Shown here: positions 18,201 to 26,074 of the stretch, in pieces
Layout of the letters: the number at the start of each line of letters is the position of its first letter
How positions within the stretch are numbered: position 1 is the stretch's first letter
NCBI GenBank assembly: GCA_904502115.1
Contig: CAJGDW010000001.1
Location: 1-41,982, forward strand
Direction: 5' to 3'
DNA from: Paludibacteraceae bacterium
GTDB taxonomy: Bacteria > Bacteroidota > Bacteroidia > Bacteroidales > Paludibacteraceae
DNA: 41,982 nucleotides
Made by a program: the position numbers and the translations under genes
The notes under the pieces: generated by a model
The model's database searches: none
Told to the model about the DNA's origin: nothing
What the model saw: only the letters and a program-made list of their open reading frames with translations

Positions 18201-19281
18201 ACGCCCCATCTGCATACAATTGAGAAATTCCATGAATGTATTCCTTGTTGTTGTATTTTTTCTCGATGAACTGAAAAACCGTAGGGTTGGTGGTTTTTAC
18301 AAAATCAAGGTAGCGTAAAGTAGTGGATGATGGTTGCGTTTTGCCACTGAGGCAATCGCTTAGTTCTTGTTTCACCGTTGTAGCAGTCGGAATCTGGTAA
18401 CTTTCACCTACACCACAAATAAAAGTACTGTACCCATCGTATTTTTGATTGTCGATGATGGTATCAACGGGGGTGTTGTCGGTAGACAGGCTGATGTTGA
18501 AAACAGCATCGGGGTGGTTGTATACCAATCGGTAACCTTCATCGTTTAGGGGGTTGGCAGTAGAGTTGCCATGTATCACCGATTTATGGCTATTTACGTA
18601 TTCTATTTTTGTTTTACCACCCGATCGGTTTTTATCGGAAGAGGCAGTTAGTACAATGGGTGTATCGCCGTTGATGTATTTTAAAGCACTTTCGTATTTG
18701 CAAAAAATATTATCGGCACCATTTTCGTAGTGTTTGCCTACGGTAGGAGTGTTGGTAGGAGCTACATCGTTGGGTCTAACCGATAACTCTATTTTAAAAT
18801 CGTAGGTTCCTTCTTTTAATCCGCTGGGAAGCTGCCAAGTAATGTTGTATTCAAACGGTTTTTTGTCAATAACACTAATGTTCCGTTCGTAATCAATTAT
18901 GGGCGCTTCGTGTTGGGCGATATCTTCGTCAATGTAGAAATGCGTTCCCTCTGTCGCCAAAGTATAAGTATCTTTTGTTGCTTCTTTGTAGTACAGTTTG
19001 TAGTTGATGTCAAATTTGCCAAACGACCACACGTACCAACAGTTTAGCACTTTTACCTGCATGTTGTACCAAGTAAGGTTTCCGCCATACGTAAAGGTTA
19101 GTTTTTTTTCGCTTTTTGTGGTGACAATTTCTTGTTCACAATTCAGGTAAACTTCCGATGGGGTTCCACTTTTTTGGAAGTATTTAAGAAAGTAACCATC
19201 TTCTTCGATTAAATAATCGGTAGCAAAGCATTGCCCCATGCCTAAAAGCAGCATGAGCCATAACATAATTGTTTTTTTCAT
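15241..19281 (-). CDS. Very large secreted protein with a T9SS C-terminal sorting domain (1346 aa); orphan adhesin-like cargo
   Basis: Signal peptide MKKTIMLWLMLLLGMGQCFA. The last ~80 aa (...YSIALYNIMGQTLIAPTTVSGNYELPLHHLEQGFYLLQVDGKNYKICKQ) fit the type A Por-secretion CTD pattern. Ig/PKD-like modules: YIWQVSTNAVTWKNIA, FTYQWMRKSSNDEWEPIV, HKIKLTTTSKNGCNETV. I recognise no catalytic motif. Confidence 0.8.
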   Translation of the reverse strand: MKKTIMLWLMLLLGMGQCFATDYLIEEDGYFLKYFQKSGTPSEVYLNCEQEIVTTKSEKKLTFTYGGNLTWYNMQVKVLNCWYVWSFGKFDINYKLYYKEATKDTYTLATEGTHFYIDEDIAQHEAPIIDYERNISVIDKKPFEYNITWQLPSGLKEGTYDFKIELSVRPNDVAPTNTPTVGKHYENGADNIFCKYESALKYINGDTPIVLTASSDKNRSGGKTKIEYVNSHKSVIHGNSTANPLNDEGYRLVYNHPDAVFNISLSTDNTPVDTIIDNQKYDGYSTFICGVGESYQIPTATTVKQELSDCLSGKTQPSSTTLRYLDFVKTTNPTVFQFIEKKYNNKEYIHGISQLYADGAYGITRMRPILLQTINQQGTLFNENAISKLSDFEKMGGRWFSRTYHVRDLWQAKLPSGNLDDHLVFKVWNKMHYTYNAVHDVTNAMGCTFYGPASEVISTYASKKENYPFLYLGENCLMFKLVPQVSFPTLSADEQAEVRICATNDTANIIHLVGKSIVCNNTSPTIYCPHYIWQVSTNAVTWKNIADNDINRINNFDVNSQIVVDSKDILLKSSILSNGKPLYFRQLCVLKAFASTEESDLYNYPIEINGKTYYYISVVSHDYYTYRALSKPLAQNFGFTHYNWPEDTYLCNNEPLTERNIRFDIVGSNNLSNNEATLLRNNAHYRVYQLQADGSKKLVAAQNHYYIPALPQDSVTYQCVIALCNDSLSKSFTIHRLPKDNILMQQIKSTAAIAKADSINGYLQLMCLENSSPSITIQNNQVGDAYEYRAVVAKKQPRLLQYDWNALSRNECYQIILQEGWDFEGDTGFSLDDATHKQIKEYGALRQDWHNQQQEQWVVQDSIQQNQWLPFMQNIEGTTQLTYHNERPNPSFYIRKTNAFGCVSDSIKIELKYVPAITGNRIEFKHTASDTVFVPSGDSNPYVVGSYPVLGGYGEVNQAEGISFTYQWMRKSSNDEWEPIVINSRYYAQVTDSGTKKINSSTKYVSLPDETLKDLQENWEIARFVFSRKNNDEASQIVSVSNSLWMLSSALLSEENIQVFNAECPNEKVSVVVNEPDELINKNTRYIWSASDPSLVLSTISTQYSNTDNKCIINKATTDFTLSVYRYDTKTGVRSNTVTIPISIDAFNTGFSIVYNNYEYDLKTKLVVPPGSKIQLINQTVNAEEHLNQWVLQLQENYMGDGRTVEGTTSNLVHPACYLYNLGQHKIKLTTTSKNGCNETVLAENIFVEGAEGRNMQSYFETEDSYPMGHLWIQEVSPTLLNAQNGYTLFIHTNKPTYSIALYNIMGQTLIAPTTVSGNYELPLHHLEQGFYLLQVDGKNYKICKQ

Positions 19282-19305
19282 AAGAATAAATTAAGAGATT
19301 AAAAA

Positions 19306-19851
19306 TTATTGAATGTTGTACCGCAAACCTGCTGTAAATAGTGGACAAAAATAATGGGTATCTTTGGTGTTTAAGAAGCTGTATTTCCAACCTTGCTGCG
19401 CCGCCAAGGTAAATGAGAGTTGCGGTAGGGCATAAAATTCAAGGTTAAATCCCAATGCCACCCCCAGGCTGACTCCATCGCTGCTTTTTTGCATATCGAG
19501 GTTATCCCATCGGTCGTATCCTACTATGGCATTGGCAGTCCCGTGCAAATACAGCCATCTGGTAGGTTGCCACAAGGCAGCCTCTATGCCGGGCATAAAA
19601 TTGACACACCAAAATCCGGATTTATCAAAAAATCCTTTTTCGTAGTCGATGTTTCCCATTACCGACCATCGCCTGTGAAAATAATAATGGTAAGAAAGAC
19701 CAACATCAAAAGTATCGCCCCAGCCTGTGCCAGTTCGAAATCCTACAGCATGAGTACCTTTAATGTGAAGTAAGTTAAGCGGAGATACCGCCCAAAGTGG
19801 TGCTATGCACAATGCAAATAGCACGCATGAAGTAAAAATTTTTTTCCTCAT
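19306..19851 (-). CDS. Small outer-membrane beta-barrel protein (181 aa), OmpX/TraO-like size class
   Basis: Signal peptide MRKKIFTSCVLFALCIAPLWA, about 8 amphipathic strands, C-terminal GLRYNIQ. First gene of the operon with the T9SS cargo. Confidence 0.65.
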   Translation of the reverse strand: MRKKIFTSCVLFALCIAPLWAVSPLNLLHIKGTHAVGFRTGTGWGDTFDVGLSYHYYFHRRWSVMGNIDYEKGFFDKSGFWCVNFMPGIEAALWQPTRWLYLHGTANAIVGYDRWDNLDMQKSSDGVSLGVALGFNLEFYALPQLSFTLAAQQGWKYSFLNTKDTHYFCPLFTAGLRYNIQ

Positions 19852-19880
19852 AACAGAACTAAGATTGGGTTAATGTTCCG

Positions 19881-19888
19881 CAAAAGTA
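19881..19888 (-). promoter_or_regulatory. -7 promoter box TACTTTTG (minus strand) for the 19851-14435 operon
   Basis: Plus strand reads CAAAAGTA, 30 nt upstream of the ATG at 19851. Confidence 0.5.
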
Positions 19889-19920
19889 CAGAGTTTTTCT
19901 TAAAATGCAAATTTTTTGCG

Positions 19921-19928
19921 TAATTTTG
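19921..19928 (+). promoter_or_regulatory. -7 promoter box TAATTTTG for the 19960 gene
   Basis: Matches TAnnTTTG, 32 nt upstream of the ATG. Confidence 0.5.
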
Positions 19929-19959
19929 CCCAGCATTTACCAATTTAGTAATACGTACC

Positions 19960-20466
19960 ATGAGATCGATTATACTACTTATAGCCTTTGTTTTATTGGG
20001 TGTGATTACGCTTTTATTGAACAAGTACGCACGTCCTAAAACACAAAAACCAACTAACTCGGATCCTCAAAAAAAGGCTTCTGAGACAGGAGTGTCGGGC
20101 ACTTTTTCCCTATCGGTCAACAACACGTCGAAAAGCTCAGTGACCGAAGGTGAGGAAGTTTACGAACGTCCCGATGGTTGTTGTGGTGCGCACGAGGTAT
20201 GCGAAAACGAAAGTCTATTAGCATCGAATACCAAAATTATTTATTTTGCCGATGAGGAGTTAGATGATTTCAAAGATCGCGACCCTGAAACCTATACCGA
20301 CCAAGAAATAGAACAATTTGAAGAAGTGTTCTTTACCTTGCGCGAAAACGAATTGGTAGAGTGGTTAAAAAGTTTGCAATTGCGCCACGTTCCCTTGCCA
20401 CCCTCTATCAAAGAGCAAGCCTTGATGATTATTTCGGAACGTCGCAAAGAACCCGCCATCGACTAA
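19960..20466 (+). CDS. Hypothetical membrane-anchored protein with a Cys cluster (168 aa)
   Basis: N-terminal TM segment MRSIILLIAFVLLGVITLLL, low-complexity linker, DGCCGAHEVCENE motif, acidic C-terminal domain. The stop is 1 nt before the next ATG. Confidence 0.6.
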   Translation: MRSIILLIAFVLLGVITLLLNKYARPKTQKPTNSDPQKKASETGVSGTFSLSVNNTSKSSVTEGEEVYERPDGCCGAHEVCENESLLASNTKIIYFADEELDDFKDRDPETYTDQEIEQFEEVFFTLRENELVEWLKSLQLRHVPLPPSIKEQALMIISERRKEPAID

Positions 20467-20467
20467 T

Positions 20468-21682
20468 ATGCATACCATGGAAACTTTTGTAGCAAAAACC
20501 TTGCAAGGCCTAGAAGAAGTATTGGCCGAAGAACTAAAACAAATAGGTGCCCAAAACATTACCACAGGCCGTCGTGCTGTTACCTTTCAGGGAAGTTTAG
20601 AAACCTTGTACAAAGCCAATGTGCACTTGCGCACCGCTTTGCGCATTTTGCGTCCCATCGCTACTTTTACGGCACGCAATACCGACGAGTTGTACGCACA
20701 AGCCAAGGCCATAGATTGGGAAAAATACATGGATGTTAGCCAAAGTTTCTTGATTGAAACCACCCTTTATTCGCCCATTATTACCAACTCGCGCTATGCT
20801 ACCTATAAAGTAAAAGATGCCATAGCCGATTTCTTCAATGAAAAATACGGCAAACGCCCATCTATCAGCGTTACCAAGCCCGATATTTACCTGAATTTGC
20901 ACATTTCCGATACCACTTGTACCTTGTCGCTCGACAGTTCGGGCGAACCCTTGTTTAAACGCGGTTACCGTGTGGCACAAACCGAGGCACCCATTAACGA
21001 GGTGTTGGCCGCTGGTATGTTGTTGTTGGCAGGTTGGAAGGGTCAATGCGATTTTATGGATCCCATGTGCGGTTCGGGTACCATTGCCATTGAGGCAGCC
21101 TTGATTGCGCTAAACATACCTCCTGGTATTTTCCGCTCGTCGTTTGCTTTTGAAAATTGGAAAGACTTTGATGCCGATTTGTTCGATGCCATTTACAACG
21201 ACGATAGCCACGAACGTGCGTTCAAACACACCATTTTTGCTTCTGATATTGCTCGCAAGGCCATTGCGATTGCAGAAAGCAACATCAAAAATGCAGGGTT
21301 AAGCAAGTACATTCAGCTTTCTACCTGTTCGTTTGCCGATGTGCCCGAACCCAGCAAACCCTTGTTTATGGTAACCAACCCTCCCTACGGCGAGCGCCTT
21401 AACAGGGGCGAAGTAGAATCGCTATACAGCATGATGGGCGCTACTTTAAAACACAAATTCTCGGGCTCTACCGCTTGGATCATTAGCTCTAGTCGCGAAG
21501 GTTTCGATAAAATAGGTTTGAAACCCGATGCCAAAATCCACCTTATTAACGGTAGCCTTCCTTGCGAGTACCGCAAGTACACCCTTTTCGCTGGCAAGCA
21601 CAAGGAGTTTAAGTCAAAAGTAGTAGGGACGCACGGTTCGTGCGTCCGCGGTCCAAAGTCGAAGTCACCCCGTAGGGGTTAA
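20468..21682 (+). CDS. THUMP-domain class I SAM-dependent RNA methyltransferase (RlmL/RlmK-like, COG0116; 404 aa)
   Basis: THUMP-like N-terminus, DPMCGSGTIAIEA SAM motif, catalytic NPPYGERL motif. The last ~25 codons run through GC-rich hairpin sequence. Confidence 0.85.
   Translation: MHTMETFVAKTLQGLEEVLAEELKQIGAQNITTGRRAVTFQGSLETLYKANVHLRTALRILRPIATFTARNTDELYAQAKAIDWEKYMDVSQSFLIETTLYSPIITNSRYATYKVKDAIADFFNEKYGKRPSISVTKPDIYLNLHISDTTCTLSLDSSGEPLFKRGYRVAQTEAPINEVLAAGMLLLAGWKGQCDFMDPMCGSGTIAIEAALIALNIPPGIFRSSFAFENWKDFDADLFDAIYNDDSHERAFKHTIFASDIARKAIAIAESNIKNAGLSKYIQLSTCSFADVPEPSKPLFMVTNPPYGERLNRGEVESLYSMMGATLKHKFSGSTAWIISSSREGFDKIGLKPDAKIHLINGSLPCEYRKYTLFAGKHKEFKSKVVGTHGSCVRGPKSKSPRRG
21627..21647. 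repeat. REP-like GC-rich hairpin GGACGCACG-GTT-CGTGCGTCC, with a second ACCCC-GTA-GGGGT at 21667-21679, inside the 3' tail of the methyltransferase ORF
   Basis: 9-bp and 5-bp perfect stems read directly. Their GC content contrasts with the surrounding sequence. Confidence 0.6.
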
Positions 21683-21699
21683 ACTAAAACCCTGATTTT

Positions 21700-21750
21700 T
21701 TAACATTTCGAAATGTTAAATCGAAATGTTAAAATGAAATGTTAAATGTT
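21700..21750. repeat. 20-bp perfect palindrome TTAACATTTCGAAATGTTAA merging into a 13-bp-period tandem array (CGAAATGTTAAAT / CGAAATGTTAAAA / TGAAATGTTAAAT); an extra AAATGTTAAAAT copy lies at 21771-21782
   Basis: Read directly. Four direct copies of AAATGTTAAA plus one inverted AAATGTT half-copy lie within 85 bp upstream of the histidine kinase promoter. Confidence 0.85.
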
Positions 21751-21784
21751 GGTAAGAAAAGTACCAACTCAAATGTTAAAATAC

Positions 21785-21792
21785 TACATTTG
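21785..21792 (+). promoter_or_regulatory. -7 promoter box TACATTTG for the two-component operon
   Basis: Matches TAnnTTTG, 20 nt upstream of the ATG at 21812. Confidence 0.55.
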
Positions 21793-21811
21793 TTTTCGTT
21801 AATGAATCAAT

Positions 21812-23287
21812 ATGCGAAAACAAACCATCATATTGTTGGCTATTGCCATGGTCATCACCTTTTTAGGGTTGGTCTTGGTTCAATTTAACTACTTTAATAC
21901 CCTTATGGAAATGCGCCGAGCTCATTTCGATAAGGCGGTAAAGCAAAGTCTTTATCAAACAAGCCGTATCTTGGAAGAGGAAGAAACCGTTAACTACCTC
22001 AATATGGCACTGAAATCGGAGGGTAAAGATTTACAACAGGAATTGAAAAATGAAGGTATACTTCCTTTTCATTCAACCATCAATCTTTCGGATCGTTCAA
22101 AAAGCAATAATAATATTGTAGAAGACCTTCATAATAGACTAAAGAAAAACTACATCAGACAAAAAGTAATGATGACCGACGTAGCGATGCGTTGGTTAAA
22201 AGAGGCTCCAGAAAAACCCATTAACGAGCGTATCAATACAGACCATTTAGCGGATTTATTGAGAAAAGAACTCTCTAGCATGGGTATAGAAACTCCATTC
22301 TACATTACTTTGGTAGATTATAAGGGAAATTATGTTCATAAATCGACGGACTTTGATTCATCTCTTTTTGAAGAAGAAGATTATTATTCACAAATCTTGT
22401 TCCCCAACGATTATAATCCTAAAATGAATTTTTTACGCGTTTATTTTCCTGAACGCGATAGTTATATATTTCATACCATGTTTCAGTCGGCACTTACCTC
22501 TATTATTATGAGTGTGGTGTTATTTCTAACCTTTGTTTTTACTATTTACCTACTGATTCGTCAACACAGAGTAGCCGAAATAAAAACCGACTTTATGAAC
22601 AACATGACCCACGAGTTCAAAACACCTATTTCCAGTATCTCGTTGGCGTCGCAAATGTTGAACGACGAAAACATTACCAAGTCGCCCGAATTGATGAAAC
22701 GCATATCGCGTACCATTGGCGATGAAACCAAGCGCCTTAGTTTTCAAGTAGAAAAAGTGTTGCAAATTTCGTTGCTTGAGAACGAAAAAGCCATTATGAA
22801 ATTTAAGGAAGCCGATATAAATACCATAGTTGAAGATGTAGTGGATAACTTCAAGATTAAGGTAAAAAGTAAGGGCGGAAGCATAAAGGCTGACTTAAAA
22901 GCAACCGAAAGTTTGGCGACGGTTGATGAGTTGCATTTTACCAATGTGATTTTTAACTTATTGGACAATGCAGTAAAATATGCGAAACACGAAGAGCCTT
23001 TGCATTTAGTAGTGCGTACAAGCAATAATGACGATTTATCTCAGTTAATTATAAAAATAGAAGACAACGGAATTGGGATATCCAAAGAACATTTGAAGAA
23101 TATTTTTGATAAATTTCATCGTGTACCTACCGGAAACGTGCACAACGTAAAAGGTTTTGGCTTGGGTTTGGCATACGTCAAAAAGATGGTAGCAAAACAT
23201 AACGGAAGCATTAAAGCAGAGAGTGAATTGGGTGTAGGTACTGTATTTACTATTGTAATTCCAACCTTAAAAAAAATAAGTTTATGA
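21812..23287 (+). CDS. Sensor histidine kinase (491 aa), RprX-like
   Basis: Two TM segments around a sensor domain. HisKA H-box FMNNMTHEFKTPISSISL. HATPase N/G boxes NLLDNAVKY, DNGIGI, GFGLGLAYV. Confidence 0.9.
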   Translation: MRKQTIILLAIAMVITFLGLVLVQFNYFNTLMEMRRAHFDKAVKQSLYQTSRILEEEETVNYLNMALKSEGKDLQQELKNEGILPFHSTINLSDRSKSNNNIVEDLHNRLKKNYIRQKVMMTDVAMRWLKEAPEKPINERINTDHLADLLRKELSSMGIETPFYITLVDYKGNYVHKSTDFDSSLFEEEDYYSQILFPNDYNPKMNFLRVYFPERDSYIFHTMFQSALTSIIMSVVLFLTFVFTIYLLIRQHRVAEIKTDFMNNMTHEFKTPISSISLASQMLNDENITKSPELMKRISRTIGDETKRLSFQVEKVLQISLLENEKAIMKFKEADINTIVEDVVDNFKIKVKSKGGSIKADLKATESLATVDELHFTNVIFNLLDNAVKYAKHEEPLHLVVRTSNNDDLSQLIIKIEDNGIGISKEHLKNIFDKFHRVPTGNVHNVKGFGLGLAYVKKMVAKHNGSIKAESELGVGTVFTIVIPTLKKISL

Positions 23288-23994
23288 ACGACGAAAAAGT
23301 AAAAATCCTTTTGTGTGAGGATGACGAAAACCTAGGTATGTTACTACGTGAATACCTACTAGTAAAAGGTTATGATACAGACTTAATGTCTGACGGCGAT
23401 GCTGGTTATAAGGCTTTCATTAAAAATACATACGATGTATGTGTATTTGACGTAATGATGCCTAAAAAAGACGGTTTTGCACTAGCGCAAGAAATTAGAG
23501 CTATCAATACAGAAGTACCTATTTTGTTCTTAACCGCTAAAACCCTAAAAGAAGATATCATTGAAGGTTTCAAAATAGGCGGTGACGACTACATCACCAA
23601 ACCTTTCAGCATGGAAGAATTGTTGTTCCGTATCGAAGCTATTTTGCGTCGTGTAAAAAGCCGTAAAATGAAGGATAAAGTAGTTTATCGTTTGGGTAAA
23701 TTTGTTTTCGATTCGCAAAAACAACAACTTTCTATTGGCGATAAATCGACCAAATTGACCACCAAAGAATCGGAATTGTTGTCGCTATTGTGCGCCAATG
23801 CCAACGATATTTTGGAACGTAACTATACTTTGAAAACCATTTGGATTGACGATAACTATTTTAACGCACGTAGCATGGATGTTTACATTACCAAGTTGCG
23901 TAAATTGTTGAAAGACGATTATCCTGCCGTACAAATTATCAATATTCACGGCAAAGGTTACAAATTGATTGTACCTGAACATTCCAATGATTAA
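23284..23994 (+). CDS. OmpR/PhoB-family response regulator (236 aa), RprY-like
   Basis: Receiver domain (ILLCEDDENLGMLL, VFDVMMPKKDG, FLTAK) plus a winged-helix C-terminus (YITKLRKLL...IHGKGYKL). ATGA overlap with the kinase stop. Confidence 0.92.
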   Translation: MNDEKVKILLCEDDENLGMLLREYLLVKGYDTDLMSDGDAGYKAFIKNTYDVCVFDVMMPKKDGFALAQEIRAINTEVPILFLTAKTLKEDIIEGFKIGGDDYITKPFSMEELLFRIEAILRRVKSRKMKDKVVYRLGKFVFDSQKQQLSIGDKSTKLTTKESELLSLLCANANDILERNYTLKTIWIDDNYFNARSMDVYITKLRKLLKDDYPAVQIINIHGKGYKLIVPEHSND

Positions 23995-25978
23995 GCGCAT
24001 AGCCATAGGGTTATGCCTATCGGTAGCATTGATGTCGTGTAGCATCAATGCACGCATCGCCAAAGCAGATAAAAAGTTTGAGTTGGGTGAGTACCATAGG
24101 GCGGGAGAGATGTATCGTGGCATTTATCCTAGCATCAATGCGCGCAAAAATAAGAAACAAAAAGCCGAGGTTGCCTTTAAAATGGGCAACTCGTATCGGC
24201 TAATAGAAAGCAATAAGCGAGCCGAAGGGGCATTGAAAAATGCCATTCGGTATGCTTATAAAGACAGCATAGTTTACTACTACTATGCCGAGGTTTTACG
24301 TGGCAACGGCAAGTACGAGTTGGCCCGTAAAAATTACGAACTTTACCTACAATCTTATCCTAAAAGCGAAGTTGCCTTGCGCGGTTTAATTTCTTGCGAC
24401 TCGATGTTAGCCAAAAGCAAGAAACTGTCGCGTTATGTAGTGGAGCAACCCAAGGTGTTGAAGTCGAAATACGCCGATTTTTGTCCCGTTTTTGCGAATG
24501 ACGATTACGATTTGTTGTATTTTAACTCTACCAGAGGGGGCAAAAAAGTAAAAACAAGCAACATTACTGGTCAGCGCAACAACGATATTTTCTTTTCGCG
24601 CATCAATGTGAAAGGCGAGTGGGAAGCCCCCGAATTGCTAGAAGACGAGGGTATTAATTCTGCCTTTGACGAGGGGGCTTGTGCCTTATCGTCCGATGGC
24701 GAAACCTTGTATTTTACTGTGAGCAAGCAAGTGAAAGGCGAAACCTTGGGTACGGCTATCTATACCTCGCAACGCAGCGGGGGTGCATGGAGCGAACCCA
24801 AACCGCTTAAGCTGTTAAAAGACTCTACGTTGAGTGTGGCGCATCCAGCTCCATCGCCCGATGGCAGGTATTTGTACTATGTATCGGATATGCCTGGCGG
24901 TAAGGGCGGCAAGGATATTTGGCGCAGCGAAAAGCTGGGCGAAGAGTGGGGTGAACCCGAAAATTTAGGAAAAACCATCAATACAGAGGCCGATGAAATG
25001 TTCCCTTCTTTCCGTCCCGATGGAAGGTTGTATTTCTCGTCCGATGGCCATGGAGGCATGGGCGGGTTGGATATTTTTGAAGCCAGCCTCCTACCTAAAA
25101 CACTCAGCGCCGAGCCAGATAAATGGGATGTGGTGTTATTGCCTGCTCCTATTAACTCGTCGGCAGACGATTTTGGCATTACCTTTGCCGGAAACGAAAA
25201 CCGTGGGTTCTTTTCGTCGAATCGAAACGATAAAAAGTTCTACGATCATATATTTAGTTTCTATCAACCCGAGTTGGTGTACTTAATGACAGGTACTATT
25301 ACCGATGCTAACGGCGAAGGTTTGGGCGATGCTCGCATCAAGCTAGTGGGCAACGATGGTACCATCGAAACCATTCAACCCAAGAAAAACGGCACGTTCT
25401 CTTACCATTTGAAACGTGGCACCAAATATGTGATGATGGGTGCTTGCCGTGGATTCTTGAATCAAAAAGCAACCGTAGAAGTTCCTGATATAGAAGAGAA
25501 TAAAGAATTTTCCGTTGATTTTAAATTAACTTCGGTAAACAAACCGGTTAAAATGGAAAATATTTTTTATAAATTTGGGTCGGCAGAGTTGACACCCGAA
25601 TCGTCGGCAGGGCTGGATGCGTTGGTTACATTGTTGAACGATAACCCCAACATTACCATCGAAATTGGCGCCCATACCGACTACGTAGGTACCGAAGAGG
25701 CCAATATCAAGCTATCGGAAGAACGTGCGCAATCGGTGGTAAACTATTTAACAGCCAAAGGCATTGAAAAAGAACGTCTAACTGCCAAAGGGTACGGAAA
25801 ATCCGTTCCTGTAGTGCCCGACAAAGAGTTGGCTACCAAGTACCGTTTCTTGCGTTACAAAGTGCCATTAGACGAAGCGTTTATTGCTAAGCTGAACAGC
25901 GAACAGCAAGAGATTGCCAACCAAATTAATCGTCGTACCGAGTTTAAGGTGCTTAAAACCACGTATAAATTATTTTAA
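23987..25978 (+). CDS. OmpA-family lipoprotein with TPR, TolB-like beta-propeller repeats, a CarboxypepD_reg-like domain and a C-terminal OmpA peptidoglycan-binding domain (663 aa)
   Basis: Lipobox MIKRIAIGLCLSVALMSCS from the ATG at 23987, which overlaps the regulator stop. Repeated SPDG..LYF.S blocks. OmpA_C: FGSAELTPES...IEIGAHTDYVGTEEANIKLSEERAQSV...NRRTEFKV. Confidence 0.88.
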   Translation: MIKRIAIGLCLSVALMSCSINARIAKADKKFELGEYHRAGEMYRGIYPSINARKNKKQKAEVAFKMGNSYRLIESNKRAEGALKNAIRYAYKDSIVYYYYAEVLRGNGKYELARKNYELYLQSYPKSEVALRGLISCDSMLAKSKKLSRYVVEQPKVLKSKYADFCPVFANDDYDLLYFNSTRGGKKVKTSNITGQRNNDIFFSRINVKGEWEAPELLEDEGINSAFDEGACALSSDGETLYFTVSKQVKGETLGTAIYTSQRSGGAWSEPKPLKLLKDSTLSVAHPAPSPDGRYLYYVSDMPGGKGGKDIWRSEKLGEEWGEPENLGKTINTEADEMFPSFRPDGRLYFSSDGHGGMGGLDIFEASLLPKTLSAEPDKWDVVLLPAPINSSADDFGITFAGNENRGFFSSNRNDKKFYDHIFSFYQPELVYLMTGTITDANGEGLGDARIKLVGNDGTIETIQPKKNGTFSYHLKRGTKYVMMGACRGFLNQKATVEVPDIEENKEFSVDFKLTSVNKPVKMENIFYKFGSAELTPESSAGLDALVTLLNDNPNITIEIGAHTDYVGTEEANIKLSEERAQSVVNYLTAKGIEKERLTAKGYGKSVPVVPDKELATKYRFLRYKVPLDEAFIAKLNSEQQEIANQINRRTEFKVLKTTYKLF

Positions 25979-26003
25979 ATTCAGGCAGCGCAAGCCTTGA
26001 ATT
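25978..26003 (+). terminator. Candidate terminator hairpin AATTCAGGC-(7 nt)-GCCtTGAATT
   Basis: 9 bp with a one-base bulge, starting in the stop codon. Only a loose T-rich tract follows. Confidence 0.35.
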
Positions 26004-26037
26004 ACAACATTTTATTTATCTACAAGAATCAAATAAC

Positions 26038-26062
26038 CGATTAGTCGATTAAGCGATTAGTC
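26038..26062. repeat. 8-bp-period array CGATTAGT CGATTAAG CGATTAGT C, 13 nt upstream of the thyA ATG
   Basis: Read directly. 22/25 identical to the reverse complement of 26895-26919. Confidence 0.9.
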
Positions 26063-26074
26063 AAAATAAATATT

